Shown here piece by piece: positions 19,082 through 29,816 of a stretch of 64,000 nucleotides of DNA (the first letter of the stretch is position 1; every line of letters starts with the position of its first letter). The DNA comes from Candidatus Poribacteria bacterium (GTDB taxonomy: Bacteria > Poribacteria > WGA-4E > PCPOR2b), in NCBI GenBank assembly GCA_965218095.1, contig OZ244587.1, positions 6,286,490 through 6,350,489 of the forward strand, in the 5' to 3' direction. The position numbers and the translations under genes were made by a program. The notes under the pieces were generated by a model. It was not told the DNA's origin and did not search any database. It saw only the letters and a list, made by a program, of their open reading frames with translations.

Positions 19082-21496
19082 TTACCATCGAAATGTGCCT
19101 TGCCAACTCTCCTTGAGCCGATCAATCGTCGCCTGAATGATCGGCTGCCCATCCATGCCGTTGATGACGAAATCCGTGCCTTCGATTACCGTACCGATGC
19201 AACCGATTGGGACGCCTGTCGTGGACTGCTCAAACGCTTCCTGTTTATCAGACGCGATCTCCACAACGAACCGGCTGTTGGATTCCGAGAAAAGCAGTAC
19301 ATCATCTGCCGTGACCGCTGAGTCACAGGGGGCATTTGGGAGCTCAAGTTGCATACCAAGTCCGCCAGCAAACGCCATTTCCGCCGCAGCCACGCCGATG
19401 CCGCCTTCGGAGCAGTCGTGGCATGAACGAACAAGATCTTGATCGATAGCATGATTCAGTGCGTTCATCGTTTGCTTCCCTTCATCGGGGCGGACAATCG
19501 GCACGCTGTTTCCGATGGAGCCATGAATCGCGTAATAGTGCGATCCGCCAAGCTCAGCATAAGTCCTACCGATGACATAGATCAGGTTCCCCGGCGATTT
19601 CGCGTCCATCGAGACCGCTTTACTCACATCGGGCATGACACAGATTGCAGAGATCAGCAGCGTTGGTGGAATCGCAAGCTGCTCGCCGGTCGTGGTGTCG
19701 CGGTATTCGTTGTAGAGGCTGTCCTTTCCAGAGATGAAGGGCGTGCCGTAGGCGACAGCAATGTCGTAGCATGCCTTCGCCGCACGCACCAATCCGCCGA
19801 GACGGTCTGGTTTGTCGGGATTCCCCCAACTGAAGTTGTCGAGCAGTGCGGTATGCTCAAGATTTCCACCCACAGCAACGACGTTTCGCAAGGCTTCGTC
19901 AATTGCCGTGGATGCGCTGTGATACGGATCAATATCGCCATATTTTGGGTTGATGCCGTTTGCCACAATGACCCCTTTTCGAGAGCCGAGGACAGGAGTC
20001 GTGATACAAGCGTCGCCGGGGCCATCATTCTCGCGTCCGACAAGCGGCTTGAGGACAAGTCCGCCTTGAACTTCGTGGTCATACTGTCGGATGACCCACT
20101 CCTTGCTTGCGACGTTGGGACTTGCGAGGATGCGGCAGAGATCTTCGGTTAGATTAGTAGGGTGGGCACTGCCCACCCTACGAGTGACTCTTGGATCAAA
20201 CTCAGGTTCAGGATGCTGTGGTGGTTCCCAGATCGCTTGTTTCGTGATGCGTGGCAGTCCATTGTGTAGGAAATCCATATCGAGGTCAGCCGCGATTTCC
20301 CCATCGCAGAAGACGCAAAGTTTGTGGGTATCGGTGAACACCCCAAGCACGGTAGTTTCGACCGATTCCGCTTCGCAGAGCATCATCAACTCGTCCAAAT
20401 TCTCAGGCGGCACAGCAATCACCATCCGCTCTTGTGCTTCCGAGAGCCAGATCTCCCACGGTTCTAGTCCTTCGTACTTGAGTGGTATGTTTTCCAGATG
20501 CACCTCTACACCAATTTCCTCGCCCATCTCGCCAACCGCAGAGGAGAATCCGCCGGCACCACAATCCGTGATGTTTCGATAGAGCCGGCGATCTCGGGCT
20601 TGCATCAGGATGTCAACGATTTTCTTCTCCATAATTGGGTTGCCGATCTGCACAACGCTCCCGAGGCTTTCGGAAGTATCGTCCAACTCCAGCGAGGAGA
20701 ACGTTGCCCCGTGGATGCCATCCCGCCCTGTACGCCCGCCGACAGCGACGATCAGATCGCCGGGTTTCACCCACTTATCGCACCGATTCTTTGGAATCAA
20801 GCCGACGTTGCCACAATAGACGAGTGGATTCCCCGTATAACGCGGATCGAACAGAATCGCACCGTTTGCGGTCGGGATACCCATGCGATTGCCGTAGTCG
20901 CGCACGCCTGCGACGACGCCTTTGAAGATGCGCTTCGGATGGAGTGCGCCTTTGGGAAGTTCATCATAACTGAGGTTCGGCAGGCCAAAGCAGAAAACGT
21001 TCGTATTCAGGATGGGTTTTGCGCCAAGCCCCGTGCCGAGCGAATCTCGAATCACCCCGCCGATTCCTGTGCCTGCCCCGCCGTAAGGCTCGATTGCGGA
21101 GGGGTGGTTGTGCGTTTCGACTTTAAAGACGACGTTGTACTGCTCATCAAATTCAATGATGCCTGCGTTGTCGGAAAACACGGAGACGCACCAATCCTTG
21201 TTGATCTCCTGCGTCGCTCGTTGGATGCAGGTTTTGAACAGCCCATCAATGACTTCCGTTTCACGCCCTTTTTCAGCATACTCAATCACGCTCTTAAAGG
21301 TTTTGTGGACGCAGTGCTCTGACCACGTTTGGGCTAACGTTTCAAGCTCAACATCGGTGGGGTTTCTTTGCGATTTGGCAAAATAGGATTGGATCGCCTG
21401 CATTTCAGCAAGGTTCAGCGAGAGTAACCCCTCACGACTGATGTGCATCAGTTCAGCGTCATCAGCGTTTAAGATTGGAATCTGTTTGACGTTCAT
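19082..21496 (-). CDS. purL: FGAM synthase subunit PurL
   Basis: WSEHCVHK, KVETHNHPS, GRDGIHG, DCGAGG, SEAQERM, QYDHEV, HDCSEGG; start at ATG 21496. Confidence 0.97.
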   Translation of the reverse strand: MNVKQIPILNADDAELMHISREGLLSLNLAEMQAIQSYFAKSQRNPTDVELETLAQTWSEHCVHKTFKSVIEYAEKGRETEVIDGLFKTCIQRATQEINKDWCVSVFSDNAGIIEFDEQYNVVFKVETHNHPSAIEPYGGAGTGIGGVIRDSLGTGLGAKPILNTNVFCFGLPNLSYDELPKGALHPKRIFKGVVAGVRDYGNRMGIPTANGAILFDPRYTGNPLVYCGNVGLIPKNRCDKWVKPGDLIVAVGGRTGRDGIHGATFSSLELDDTSESLGSVVQIGNPIMEKKIVDILMQARDRRLYRNITDCGAGGFSSAVGEMGEEIGVEVHLENIPLKYEGLEPWEIWLSEAQERMVIAVPPENLDELMMLCEAESVETTVLGVFTDTHKLCVFCDGEIAADLDMDFLHNGLPRITKQAIWEPPQHPEPEFDPRVTRRVGSAHPTNLTEDLCRILASPNVASKEWVIRQYDHEVQGGLVLKPLVGRENDGPGDACITTPVLGSRKGVIVANGINPKYGDIDPYHSASTAIDEALRNVVAVGGNLEHTALLDNFSWGNPDKPDRLGGLVRAAKACYDIAVAYGTPFISGKDSLYNEYRDTTTGEQLAIPPTLLISAICVMPDVSKAVSMDAKSPGNLIYVIGRTYAELGGSHYYAIHGSIGNSVPIVRPDEGKQTMNALNHAIDQDLVRSCHDCSEGGIGVAAAEMAFAGGLGMQLELPNAPCDSAVTADDVLLFSESNSRFVVEIASDKQEAFEQSTTGVPIGCIGTVIEGTDFVINGMDGQPIIQATIDRLKESWQGTFRW
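20157..20181. repeat. GTAG-type REP palindrome inside the purL coding sequence
   Basis: gtagggtgggca-c-tgcccaccctac, perfect 12-bp arms, translated as RRVGSAHPT. Confidence 0.8.
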
Positions 21497-21600
21497 CGGA
21501 TACCTCAATCGGTGGACGATTAAACAACGTGAAAAGAATAAAAAAACCCCGATGGCCGGGGTAAAAACTTGACGAAAGTGATGAAGTAATTTAATACCAT

Positions 21601-22605
21601 TAGGACTTACACAGCCGATGTACAGAACCTGTGATTTGACCGCATCCTGCATCTTGAACCCCGAATCCGATGCAAAATGCACAGGAGGTTGGGGGATAAT
21701 TAGCTGATTTATGGCGAACCCTATAAATAAGTAGACATTTTCTTATATTGCTGGTATCCTATAGTTATTATGGCCTATTCTTTAGATTTACGCAAACGCG
21801 TCTTAGATTTTATCGTAGCTGGCGGTGGCAAGACCGAAGCGAGCCGCCGTTTTTCCGTCGCCCGCTCAACACTGTATAAGTGGTTGAATGCGCCTGACCC
21901 GCTCAAACGTCAGAAACCAGGGCCCCGTCGCCCGCGAACCCTTGACCCCGATGCGCTGAGAAAACATGTCGCTGATTTTCCAGACCAGACCTACGCCGAG
22001 CGCGCAGCTCATTTTGGTGTGTCAAAGTCTTGTATCGGGTATGGGCTGAAAAATATCGGTTGCACCCGAAAAAAAAGTCTCGGATATAAGGAGCAATGCG
22101 CTGAAAAACGACAAGCGTATCTTCAGCAACTCGCACAAGTGAAAGCCTCTGGTAAGTCTTTTGTTTATGTCGATGAGAGTGGGTTTCGAGACGAAAGTTA
22201 TAGACGTTATGGGTATGCACCCAAAGGGGAAAAAGTCTTTGGACTTATCTCAAGCCAACGCACCCGGACAGCGACACTTATTGCGGCACGGGTGTTCAAA
22301 GGGAGCTGCAAAGCGGTAGATTTCAATGACTGGTTAGCTGAACAGTTATGTCCACGTTTGACTTCAAAACAGGTTGTAATCCTTGATAATGCGCGGCTTC
22401 ACAAAACACCTCGGACCCGAGAGTTGATAGAGGCTTCAGGAGCGAGTCTGATGTTCCTACCGCCTTATTCTCCAGATTACAATCCGATTGAACACGATTT
22501 TGCCAATATCAAGCGATACCGAGAATATCACCCCGAAACCACACTTCACGATATTATTCAAATGTACCATTAATTCTAAGATCTACCATAATTGCGTAAG
22601 TCCTG
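21601..22605. mobile_element. MITE-like element (about 150 bp without its insert) hosting an IS630
   Basis: TIRs taggacttacac / gcgtaagtcctg; 5-bp flanking duplication accat (21596-21600, 22606-22610). Confidence 0.7.
21724..22576 (+). mobile_element. IS630-family element; transposase 21770..22573
   Basis: MAYSLDLRKRV HTH, YVDESGF, ILDNARLH, LPPYSPDYNPIE; TA at 21722-23 and 22577-78 with imperfect IRs ending ACATTT. Confidence 0.9.
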
Positions 22606-22650
22606 ACCATCACAGCTTAACGGGGTTAGGGAATCAATGGATGATTTTTT

Positions 22651-23158
22651 TCAGTTGCAACGCTGATATTGAACCCCTACAATAATCTGCTTCAAGAAGG
22701 CGAACTCTCGAGTTGGAATATCACCCAAACGATCTGCATTTTTGTATTGGTCAACGGTGTCTTGCGTAGTGATGAAAACTCGGAAACGCAGATGCGGATT
22801 TGTAGCGTAGGGCTTGCCCCACAAAGGCAGCGGAGAATGAGTTGGGGCAAGCCCCAACCCATAGCTGCGACATATCATTGACAAAACGATCTGCATTTTT
22901 CTTCAATCTTTCATAATACTTAACAATCGCGGAACACAAGTCCGAAATCGTCCTTCACACATCCGCACTCGTACCATATAGGTCAATGTCATCGTAGGTT
23001 GCTATCACAACATCACTATGTCTCTCAATCACAATTGGAATCGTTTGGCGAAGCTGGTAAGCTGGGTGTCGAAGGTTTTGAATCCAACGAATTTCCGGGG
23101 GTTTGCTTAATTCTGAGCGAATTGTTTCTTGAGTGGTTTGTTCTATGGCAAGCATCAC
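22651..23158 (-). pseudogene. HicB-like small protein, interrupted by a TGA and a 140-bp REP-bearing insert
   Basis: IPIVIE..VIATYDDIDLYG..*..DLCSAIVKYYERLKKNADR|insert|LGDIPTREFAFLKQII; 17-bp direct repeat aaacgatctgcattttt at 22727 and 22884. Confidence 0.6.
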
Positions 23159-23340
23159 GTGACCTCTGGGAACTTGATGTATACGCGGCTCATCTCTTTC
23201 TTCTTTTGACGGGATCGAATCGGGATCTCACGCAGTTTATCCCGATCCCTGGATCGGAACTTGACCTGTAGTATACCTCAAAACGGATTCGAGATCAATC
23301 GAAAACTCACAGGAGTTCAACCTTTCAAAGGCTAGGTTTT

Positions 23341-24621
23341 CTACCCTTCCCGATCCAACGCCCGGTGTCCGATGTCCGTCCGAAAGTGGGATTGCTCAAA
23401 GTGGATCTCCGCAACCCCGTGATACGCCTGTTCAATCGCAGATTTAATGTCACCGGCGAGCGCGGTGACACCTAACACCCGTCCACCGTCCGTGAGGAGG
23501 TCGCCACCTTTTACCTTCGTCGCTGCATGAAAGACGGTCACGCCTTCTAGCACGCTGGCACGATCTAGCCCGGTGATTACCTTGCCCGTTTCGTAATCAT
23601 CGGGATATCCGCCCGACGCCATGACCACACACGCTGCTGCATTGGGTTTCCATTTGCATTCAACCTCATCCAGTGTTCCGTCAATGCACGCTTCTAGCAA
23701 AGGCACAAGATCACTTTCCATGCGCGTCAGCAATACCTGTGCTTCTGGGTCGCCAAGACGACAGTTGAATTCCAACACCTTGGCTCCGGACTCCGTGATC
23801 ATCAAGGCAACATACAGCACACCTTTGAGAGGGCGACCTTCGGCCTGCATTGCTCGAATGGTCGGGTACACAACAGTATTCATCGCCCATTCGCGGAGCT
23901 CAGGCGTTATGACCGGCGCTGGTGAATATGCTCCTATGCCACCGGTGTTTTTCCCTTGATCTCCATTCAAGGCGGGTTTGTGATCTTGCGAACTCACAAA
24001 CGGGAGACAGTGGATGCCGTCTGTCAAGACGGTGAAAGAAGCTTCTTCACCAAATAACGCTTCTTCGATTACAACTTGATCTCCGGCGCCACCGAACACT
24101 CTATCCACCATGATTTCCTGAATGGCTTTAGTTGCTGCATCGAGCGTCAAACCGGGAATTGCGCCTTTGCCTGCGGCGAGCCCATCTGCTTTAACGAAGA
24201 CCGGCGTGTTGAGCTCTTTGAGATAAGCGATTGCCGCATCCGGCTCGTCGAATCTGCGATACGCAGCTGTTGGAATGCCATTTTGGATCATCAACTGCTT
24301 TGCGAAACCCTTGCTTGCTTCAAGGATCGCCGCTTTCCGATCTGGACCAAATGTTCTGAGTCCGCGCTCACGGAAGACATCAACCAAGCCGTTCGCCAGC
24401 GGGTCTTCGGGACCAACCACGGTCAGATCAATCTTTTCGGCTTCCGCAAAGTCAGCAAGTTCCGCGAAGTTGTTTCCCAGAGAAATTGACCGGCATTCGG
24501 CGATTTGCGCGATACCCGAATTCCCCGGCACGCAGTACACCTTTTCGACAAGCGGGCTCTGGGCGATTTTCCACACGATTGTGTGTTCCCTGCCGCCACT
24601 TCCAACGACTAAAACTTTCAT
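23341..24621 (-). CDS. purD: Phosphoribosylamine-glycine ligase
   Basis: VGSGGREH, VGPEDPL, KADGLAAGKG, QDHK, NTGG.GAYSP, RLGDPE, GGRVL. Confidence 0.98.
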   Translation of the reverse strand: MKVLVVGSGGREHTIVWKIAQSPLVEKVYCVPGNSGIAQIAECRSISLGNNFAELADFAEAEKIDLTVVGPEDPLANGLVDVFRERGLRTFGPDRKAAILEASKGFAKQLMIQNGIPTAAYRRFDEPDAAIAYLKELNTPVFVKADGLAAGKGAIPGLTLDAATKAIQEIMVDRVFGGAGDQVVIEEALFGEEASFTVLTDGIHCLPFVSSQDHKPALNGDQGKNTGGIGAYSPAPVITPELREWAMNTVVYPTIRAMQAEGRPLKGVLYVALMITESGAKVLEFNCRLGDPEAQVLLTRMESDLVPLLEACIDGTLDEVECKWKPNAAACVVMASGGYPDDYETGKVITGLDRASVLEGVTVFHAATKVKGGDLLTDGGRVLGVTALAGDIKSAIEQAYHGVAEIHFEQSHFRTDIGHRALDREG

Positions 24622-24989
24622 TTATTCCTCCTTTATTCCGTTAAGGTATTGCTTTTGCTATGATTAACCTACGCCATTTACTCGCGTGAAAAGTTTCAAC
24701 CGTTTCGGTAAAAAAACGTCTAAACTGATATTCAACCATTTTCCATCCTCTATGTCTACCATCTGCTCACAATTATTTCCCCAGTTGACGTGTGTGGGGA
24801 AAATAACGGCGAGACATAGCTTGGACGCAGGTACAAGCGACGCTGATATATCCACATTGGGCAAAAACAGCATCTAAATTGGCGGATTGAGCAACCGAGC
24901 AAATCTGGCGGCGGGCAGGAGCCTTCCATCCACCATACCAGTTTTTCCGACAACGCACGATAATTTGAAATCCGCAATCTGCGTTTGAG

Positions 24990-25787
24990 TTACCAATCGC
25001 GCACGTAGCCGGCAGTCCAGCCGCCGTCTACGACCAAGACAGCTCCGTTAATATAGCTTGCTTCCGGCGACGCCAAAAATAGCACGGCGTGCGCCATCTC
25101 TTCTGGTTCGCCCGGTCGCCCCAGCGGGATGTGCGATAGCAGGCTCGCCGCGTTTTCAGTATAGGCGCCATCTGGGCTATAGAACAGCGCTTCAGTACCG
25201 CGAGTCAGGGTAGACCCCGGCGCGACAGCGTTGACGAGAATGCCCTGCGGCCCCAATTCCAGTGCCATTGACCGGGTTAAATTGGCAACACCTGCCTTGG
25301 CAGCAACGTAGGCGCTCTGCAACCGCAAGGGCACCAGGCCGGCGATGGAACTGATATTGACGATGCGTCCCCCGTTAGCGTTGTTCAGCATCGTGGGGAT
25401 AATCGCACGGCTGGTCACAAAGACCCCGGTCAAGTCAACTTGCAGGATGCTACGCCAATCTTCCAGCAAGTATTCATGGATTGGCACACGGTCACTGCGG
25501 GTATTGATGCCGGCATTGTTGACCAGTATGTCAATCCGTCCAAGGTGGACCATGACCTGCTCGGCAACATGCTCCATTTGCGCCGCGTCGGATACATCGC
25601 CCTCCAGCGACAAGCACTGCGTACCACCTTCGACGACCTCACGTGCAGCCTGCTCGCCGGCTTCAGCGTCAATATCTACGATGACGACATGGGCGTCGTT
25701 ATCGGCTAACGCCTGCACGATGGCGCGTCCAATGCCGTGTGCGCCGCCGGTGACGATGGCGACCTGCTCATTCAGGTTCACTCTCAT
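24990..25787 (-). CDS. SDR oxidoreductase
   Basis: TGGAHGIG, NNAG, YVAAK, VDGG. Confidence 0.92.
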   Translation of the reverse strand: MRVNLNEQVAIVTGGAHGIGRAIVQALADNDAHVVIVDIDAEAGEQAAREVVEGGTQCLSLEGDVSDAAQMEHVAEQVMVHLGRIDILVNNAGINTRSDRVPIHEYLLEDWRSILQVDLTGVFVTSRAIIPTMLNNANGGRIVNISSIAGLVPLRLQSAYVAAKAGVANLTRSMALELGPQGILVNAVAPGSTLTRGTEALFYSPDGAYTENAASLLSHIPLGRPGEPEEMAHAVLFLASPEASYINGAVLVVDGGWTAGYVRDW

Positions 25788-25825
25788 CGGCAATCTAATC
25801 CTTCTACTGCCATGTCCTGAAACCT

Positions 25826-26060
25826 CTATTTTTCTGTGAGTGTCCAGGAGCCATCCCAGTCCTCCGGGGGAGGCTCCCTGAGAAAATCGCCACAACGGCC
25901 TAAGTGTAATAATGCCGCCATGTTGTTCCGGTCGATTTCCAGGACTTTGCCAAACTCAAGCACCGCCTGGGTAAATTGGCGATTCTGGTAATACTCCCGC
26001 CCCTTTTCATAGTGATACCAATTTCGGGTAGTTTCTTGGAAGTCTAATAGACCGCAGCGA
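25826..26060 (-). pseudogene. C-terminal remnant of an adenylate/guanylate cyclase (TPR-like tail)
   Basis: Manual translation: YEKGREYYQNRQFTQAVLEF..LHLGRC..PPPEDWDGSWTLTEK*, a typical cyclase C-terminus. Confidence 0.6.
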
Positions 26061-26343
26061 AGAATCTCCTTGTTAACTCAATTCGTATCAGCTTTTGGTC
26101 GGTGGTCATCGTCTTAAGTGCGACAATATGGTATGAGCGGGGGGTTACACTTTGTGAGAGCCGGGATTATTGGCTGTGATGGATTGGCAAAAATTAAAAT
26201 TTGACACGAATGCCCAATTTTTTATAACATCATTGAACTTTGCCCTGTTTCATGTTATTTTATATGTCGTACTGAGATTTGTCAAGTTGTTTTGGAATTC
26301 ACTATCCTTTCTTTTTCTTTCATCTTCTGAATCAAAGCTAGTT

Positions 26344-27452
26344 GAGGGGTGTGCATAGTAGTTCATTGGAAAACAGCCGCCATATGAGAGATATTGCGAG
26401 CAGGTAACTTCCATATGGCATTGGCAATCATAGCCACTTGCACTGATAACACCCCGATAGCTAAACAACAGCGTACATTGAAAAACCCCTTGACCGGTAA
26501 CTGCTTCTGTTGAGGAGTGGTGCCTATCACTTTAGCAATCAAGTCAAACAACGGTTCAACCGAACTGCGACGTTTGCTTAAACAGAGACGCTGCTTGGGT
26601 TGGTTGATAAATCGATGATACGCCTTGGCAAACCGTCCCTTTGTCCATCTAAGTGCCGGGGTAATCAAAGCGACTTGTGCCTTCGCCCAACGACGGATAC
26701 GGTCTGCTTGGGTATAGGCATCATCGGCAGTGAGTGTCTGCGGTGAAAGTTGTGTCAGAATCTCAGACGCTTTAGCATCTATCGCCCAACTTTCGGAGAC
26801 CGACGCACGGTGCACAGTTATCAGTGTTGGGAACGCACCTTGTGTGCAGATAATGTGAAGTCCGTAGCCATAGACCCAGCCATGATAACCACTCTTGCTC
26901 CACGTGGCATCGGTGTCGAGGTTGCGTAGATGTTTAGGTACTTTTCCTGCTTTGCGGTCAGTTTGATGCCAGACGGGTCCTCGTGCCTTAAATAAACTTT
27001 TGTCGGCTACCAGATGAGCCAAGTTGAATTGTTGGGACAAGTCAGTGGCATACTGACCGATAAACAATACAAATGCCTCTATCACTTCATATAATGCCTT
27101 ATAGCGACGTGCAATCGTGGTTCGATGAGGGGGCTGTTGCCACCCCAGCATTTGTAACACTTCTGGGTGATTGATTAGCCACCGCCATTGCGTTTTGAAG
27201 CCATAGATGCCGTGAAACTGCATCAACATGAAGAAAATGATAAACGAGGTGGTTGAATATGTCAATGGTTTTGCGTGTGTGACACCTGGTTTGTCAATAC
27301 GGTGTTGCATAAACTGCTCAAAGAGTTGCATAATAAGAGTGACATAATCAGCCAACATTGGTCTTTGTACCATATTGGGGCTCCTTTTGCTATGATAACA
27401 ATAGGAAACCCTTTTGGCTTGATTATGTCAACTATATTTATGCACACCCCTC
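26344..27452 (-). mobile_element. 1109-bp IS with DDE transposase (26363..27373), copy 1
   Basis: TIR gaggggtgtgcata / tatgcacacccctc; 8-bp TSD agctagtt; DTDATW..GWVYGYGLH, ADDAY, RSSVEPLF. Confidence 0.92.
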
Positions 27453-27512
27453 AGCTAGTTGGAATATCTGAAAGGAAATGGATGGCAATGAATTTCTTTT
27501 TAAGGAGTTGAA

Positions 27513-28439
27513 ATGGGTTGGAAAGAAAAACTCCTCTCAGTCGTGCAAAATCAAAACAGCCCTTCAAAGTTGCGATTCGATGAGCCACTGCGTAAACACA
27601 CCTACTTTGGAATAGGCGGCGGCGCCGCAGCGTATCTTGAAGTGAGCACAATCGACGAATTGGCGAGCGTGGCACAACTAAAAAAACGTTGGAACGTGCC
27701 AGGTGCCATCATTGGTCGAGGATCGAACATGCTCGTCAGCGATGCAGGCTACCCTGGGATTGTTGTCCGACTGATCGGTGAATTTGATCAACTCGAATTT
27801 GACGGGAACTGTGTTCACACAGGCGCAGGCGTTTCCCTGCCAAGATTGTCGAAAACGGTAGCGCGTCACGGACTGAGCGGCGTCGAGTTTGCGCTCGGCA
27901 TTCCGGGGTCTGTCGGCGGGGCGTTGATTATGAACGCAGGCGCATGGAGCAGCAGCTTCGGAGATCTGGCCGAGTGCGTTCAGGTGATGACAGACAAAGG
28001 AAAGTTAGTCAATCTCAGCCACGATGACGCAAAGTTTGGTTACCGTCATAGTGGACTGAGCAGCTACTTTTGCGTCACGCGGGCTATGCTCAATCTGATC
28101 CCCGGTGATGTAGAGGAAATTACCAATCGCATGCAGAATTTCTACAACAAGAAAATCACGAGTCAACCGTTTGCGGAGGAAAACGCGGGGTGCATATTCA
28201 AGAACCCACCCGGTCATTCTGCCGGGAAACTGATCGATGAATGTGGCCTGAAAGGATATCGGATTGGCGGGGCAGAGGTGTCCAAAATTCACGGCAACTT
28301 TATCCTCAACCTCGACAATGCAACTGCCCAAAATGTGTTAGATCTCGTGCGCCATATTCAGACTCAGGTCAAGCGTGAGAAGGACGTTGATCTGGAGATG
28401 GAGGTCAAACTGCTAGGTTTTGAATATGAAACCGCATAA
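27513..28439 (+). CDS. murB: UDP-N-acetylenolpyruvoylglucosamine reductase
   Basis: IGRGSN, GIPGSVGGALIMNAGA, FGYRHS, AGCIFKNP, HGNFI. Confidence 0.97.
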   Translation: MGWKEKLLSVVQNQNSPSKLRFDEPLRKHTYFGIGGGAAAYLEVSTIDELASVAQLKKRWNVPGAIIGRGSNMLVSDAGYPGIVVRLIGEFDQLEFDGNCVHTGAGVSLPRLSKTVARHGLSGVEFALGIPGSVGGALIMNAGAWSSSFGDLAECVQVMTDKGKLVNLSHDDAKFGYRHSGLSSYFCVTRAMLNLIPGDVEEITNRMQNFYNKKITSQPFAEENAGCIFKNPPGHSAGKLIDECGLKGYRIGGAEVSKIHGNFILNLDNATAQNVLDLVRHIQTQVKREKDVDLEMEVKLLGFEYETA

Positions 28440-28502
28440 AAACTAAAACTTGTCCTTTTTCAAAGGTGTGATTTGCTTATGAGGTCACCTTTTTTCGGAA
28501 AA

Positions 28503-28826
28503 ATGCCTAGAATATTTCGATTTTTACGCTTTCTTTACCACCTGCCAAATTTCGTAAAACTGGCTTGGCGGCTATTCTGGGATCCGCGCATCCCAATCTA
28601 TCGTAAAGCAATCCTCGTGGTATTTGGGATGCTCGCTATCGCCTTGGCGGTGGCTTACTTTTACCTTCCCTTCGATGCAATTCCCGATTTTCTCCCCATT
28701 GGACGAGGTGACGATCTACTCATCGGAATGTTCTTGATTTTGGTCCCTGGTGCTTGGCTTTTTATCAAACTTTCCCCCAAACATGTCGTGCGGGAGCATG
28801 TTGATCGGATCGCAGGGGGGAATTGA
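28503..28826 (+). CDS. DUF1232/YkvA-like membrane protein
   Basis: DPRIP..K..YFYLPFDAIPDFLPIGRGDD. Confidence 0.8.
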   Translation: MPRIFRFLRFLYHLPNFVKLAWRLFWDPRIPIYRKAILVVFGMLAIALAVAYFYLPFDAIPDFLPIGRGDDLLIGMFLILVPGAWLFIKLSPKHVVREHVDRIAGGN

Positions 28827-28971
28827 AGAGCACAAGTTGTCAAATCTCTTTGGAAATTTCTAAAGCAATTGGCTCATTCTGTTAAGGCGAAAGCAAATTG
28901 GTGATTTGTAATTTATCCCTTCGTGTCTCGATCGACATTTTGCTTTTCCTTGTTCCAAACTACGAGAATCG

Positions 28972-29658
28972 CTAGAAAACTGCCTGGGCCTGTTCTATCA
29001 GCCAATTTAGCTTCCGCGGATCGCGGACCCCTTTCGCAGACTCAACCCCCGAACAGAGATCGACGCCATAAGGACGGACGGTTTCAATCGCCGCCCTGAC
29101 ATTCTCAGAACGAATACCGCCGGACAAGAACGTTGGAACTTTACAAGCCTGGATGAGTTGGGAAGCAAAGCGCCAATCACTGGTCTTGCCAGTGCCGCCA
29201 AATCGGGCTTTTCCCTTGCTGAAATCCGCGGTGTCAAACAGGAGTGCATCCGCACCCGCGTCGATATACGCTCCCATTTGCGCGAAGATAGTTTTGACAT
29301 CAACACGCTGATCGCCATCTGCTGGCAGAAACAGCGACTTCCAAATCTTACACGATAGAAACCGCCTGAGTCTTGCCACTTCAGCAGGGGACTCGTGCCC
29401 GAGCAACTGAATTGCAAACGGCTGAATCTGCACTGCTGCCTGTCGCACCCATTCTGTCGGGCGATTAAACACGAGCACAACGGTTGGAATTGGCGTCTGT
29501 CGCGCGATCTCGGCAGCGTGATCAATCAGAACAGATCGCTCTGAAAAAGGGACTTTGACGACGACGCCGGAGTAATCCGCTCCGGCGTCTGCTGCCATCT
29601 GTGCGTCGGTGACGCTAGTTGTGCCACAGATCTTGACCTTGCAATAATTTCTTGTCAT
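28972..29658 (-). CDS. trpF: Phosphoribosylanthranilate isomerase
   Basis: VKICG, IQLLG.E, LLFD, GGTG..DW, LSGG, GVDLCSGVE. Confidence 0.9.
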   Translation of the reverse strand: MTRNYCKVKICGTTSVTDAQMAADAGADYSGVVVKVPFSERSVLIDHAAEIARQTPIPTVVLVFNRPTEWVRQAAVQIQPFAIQLLGHESPAEVARLRRFLSCKIWKSLFLPADGDQRVDVKTIFAQMGAYIDAGADALLFDTADFSKGKARFGGTGKTSDWRFASQLIQACKVPTFLSGGIRSENVRAAIETVRPYGVDLCSGVESAKGVRDPRKLNWLIEQAQAVF

Positions 29659-29816
29659 ACAAATTTGTTCCGAGAGTAGAGCGGGTACGATTTTATCGGA
29701 CGAGCATTGCCAGTGCTTGCCTCCTGCGTAGCGGGGGCCGTTTGGAACCAGCTAGCAGCAGGCTTTACTTTAGTGTTTCTCCCCGATAGATTGGGATGCA
29801 GGCATATATGTCATTA

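Noticed and set aside
17890-23158. Other in-frame TGAs (near 18092 and 22955) as evidence of an alternative genetic code
   Set aside because: They lie in otherwise degraded genes, and TGA ends intact genes (aroQ, aroA, purQ)
29660-29810. Possible riboswitch or attenuator upstream of trpF
   Set aside because: Only one GC hairpin, with no Trp-rich leader or known riboswitch motif that I could recognise
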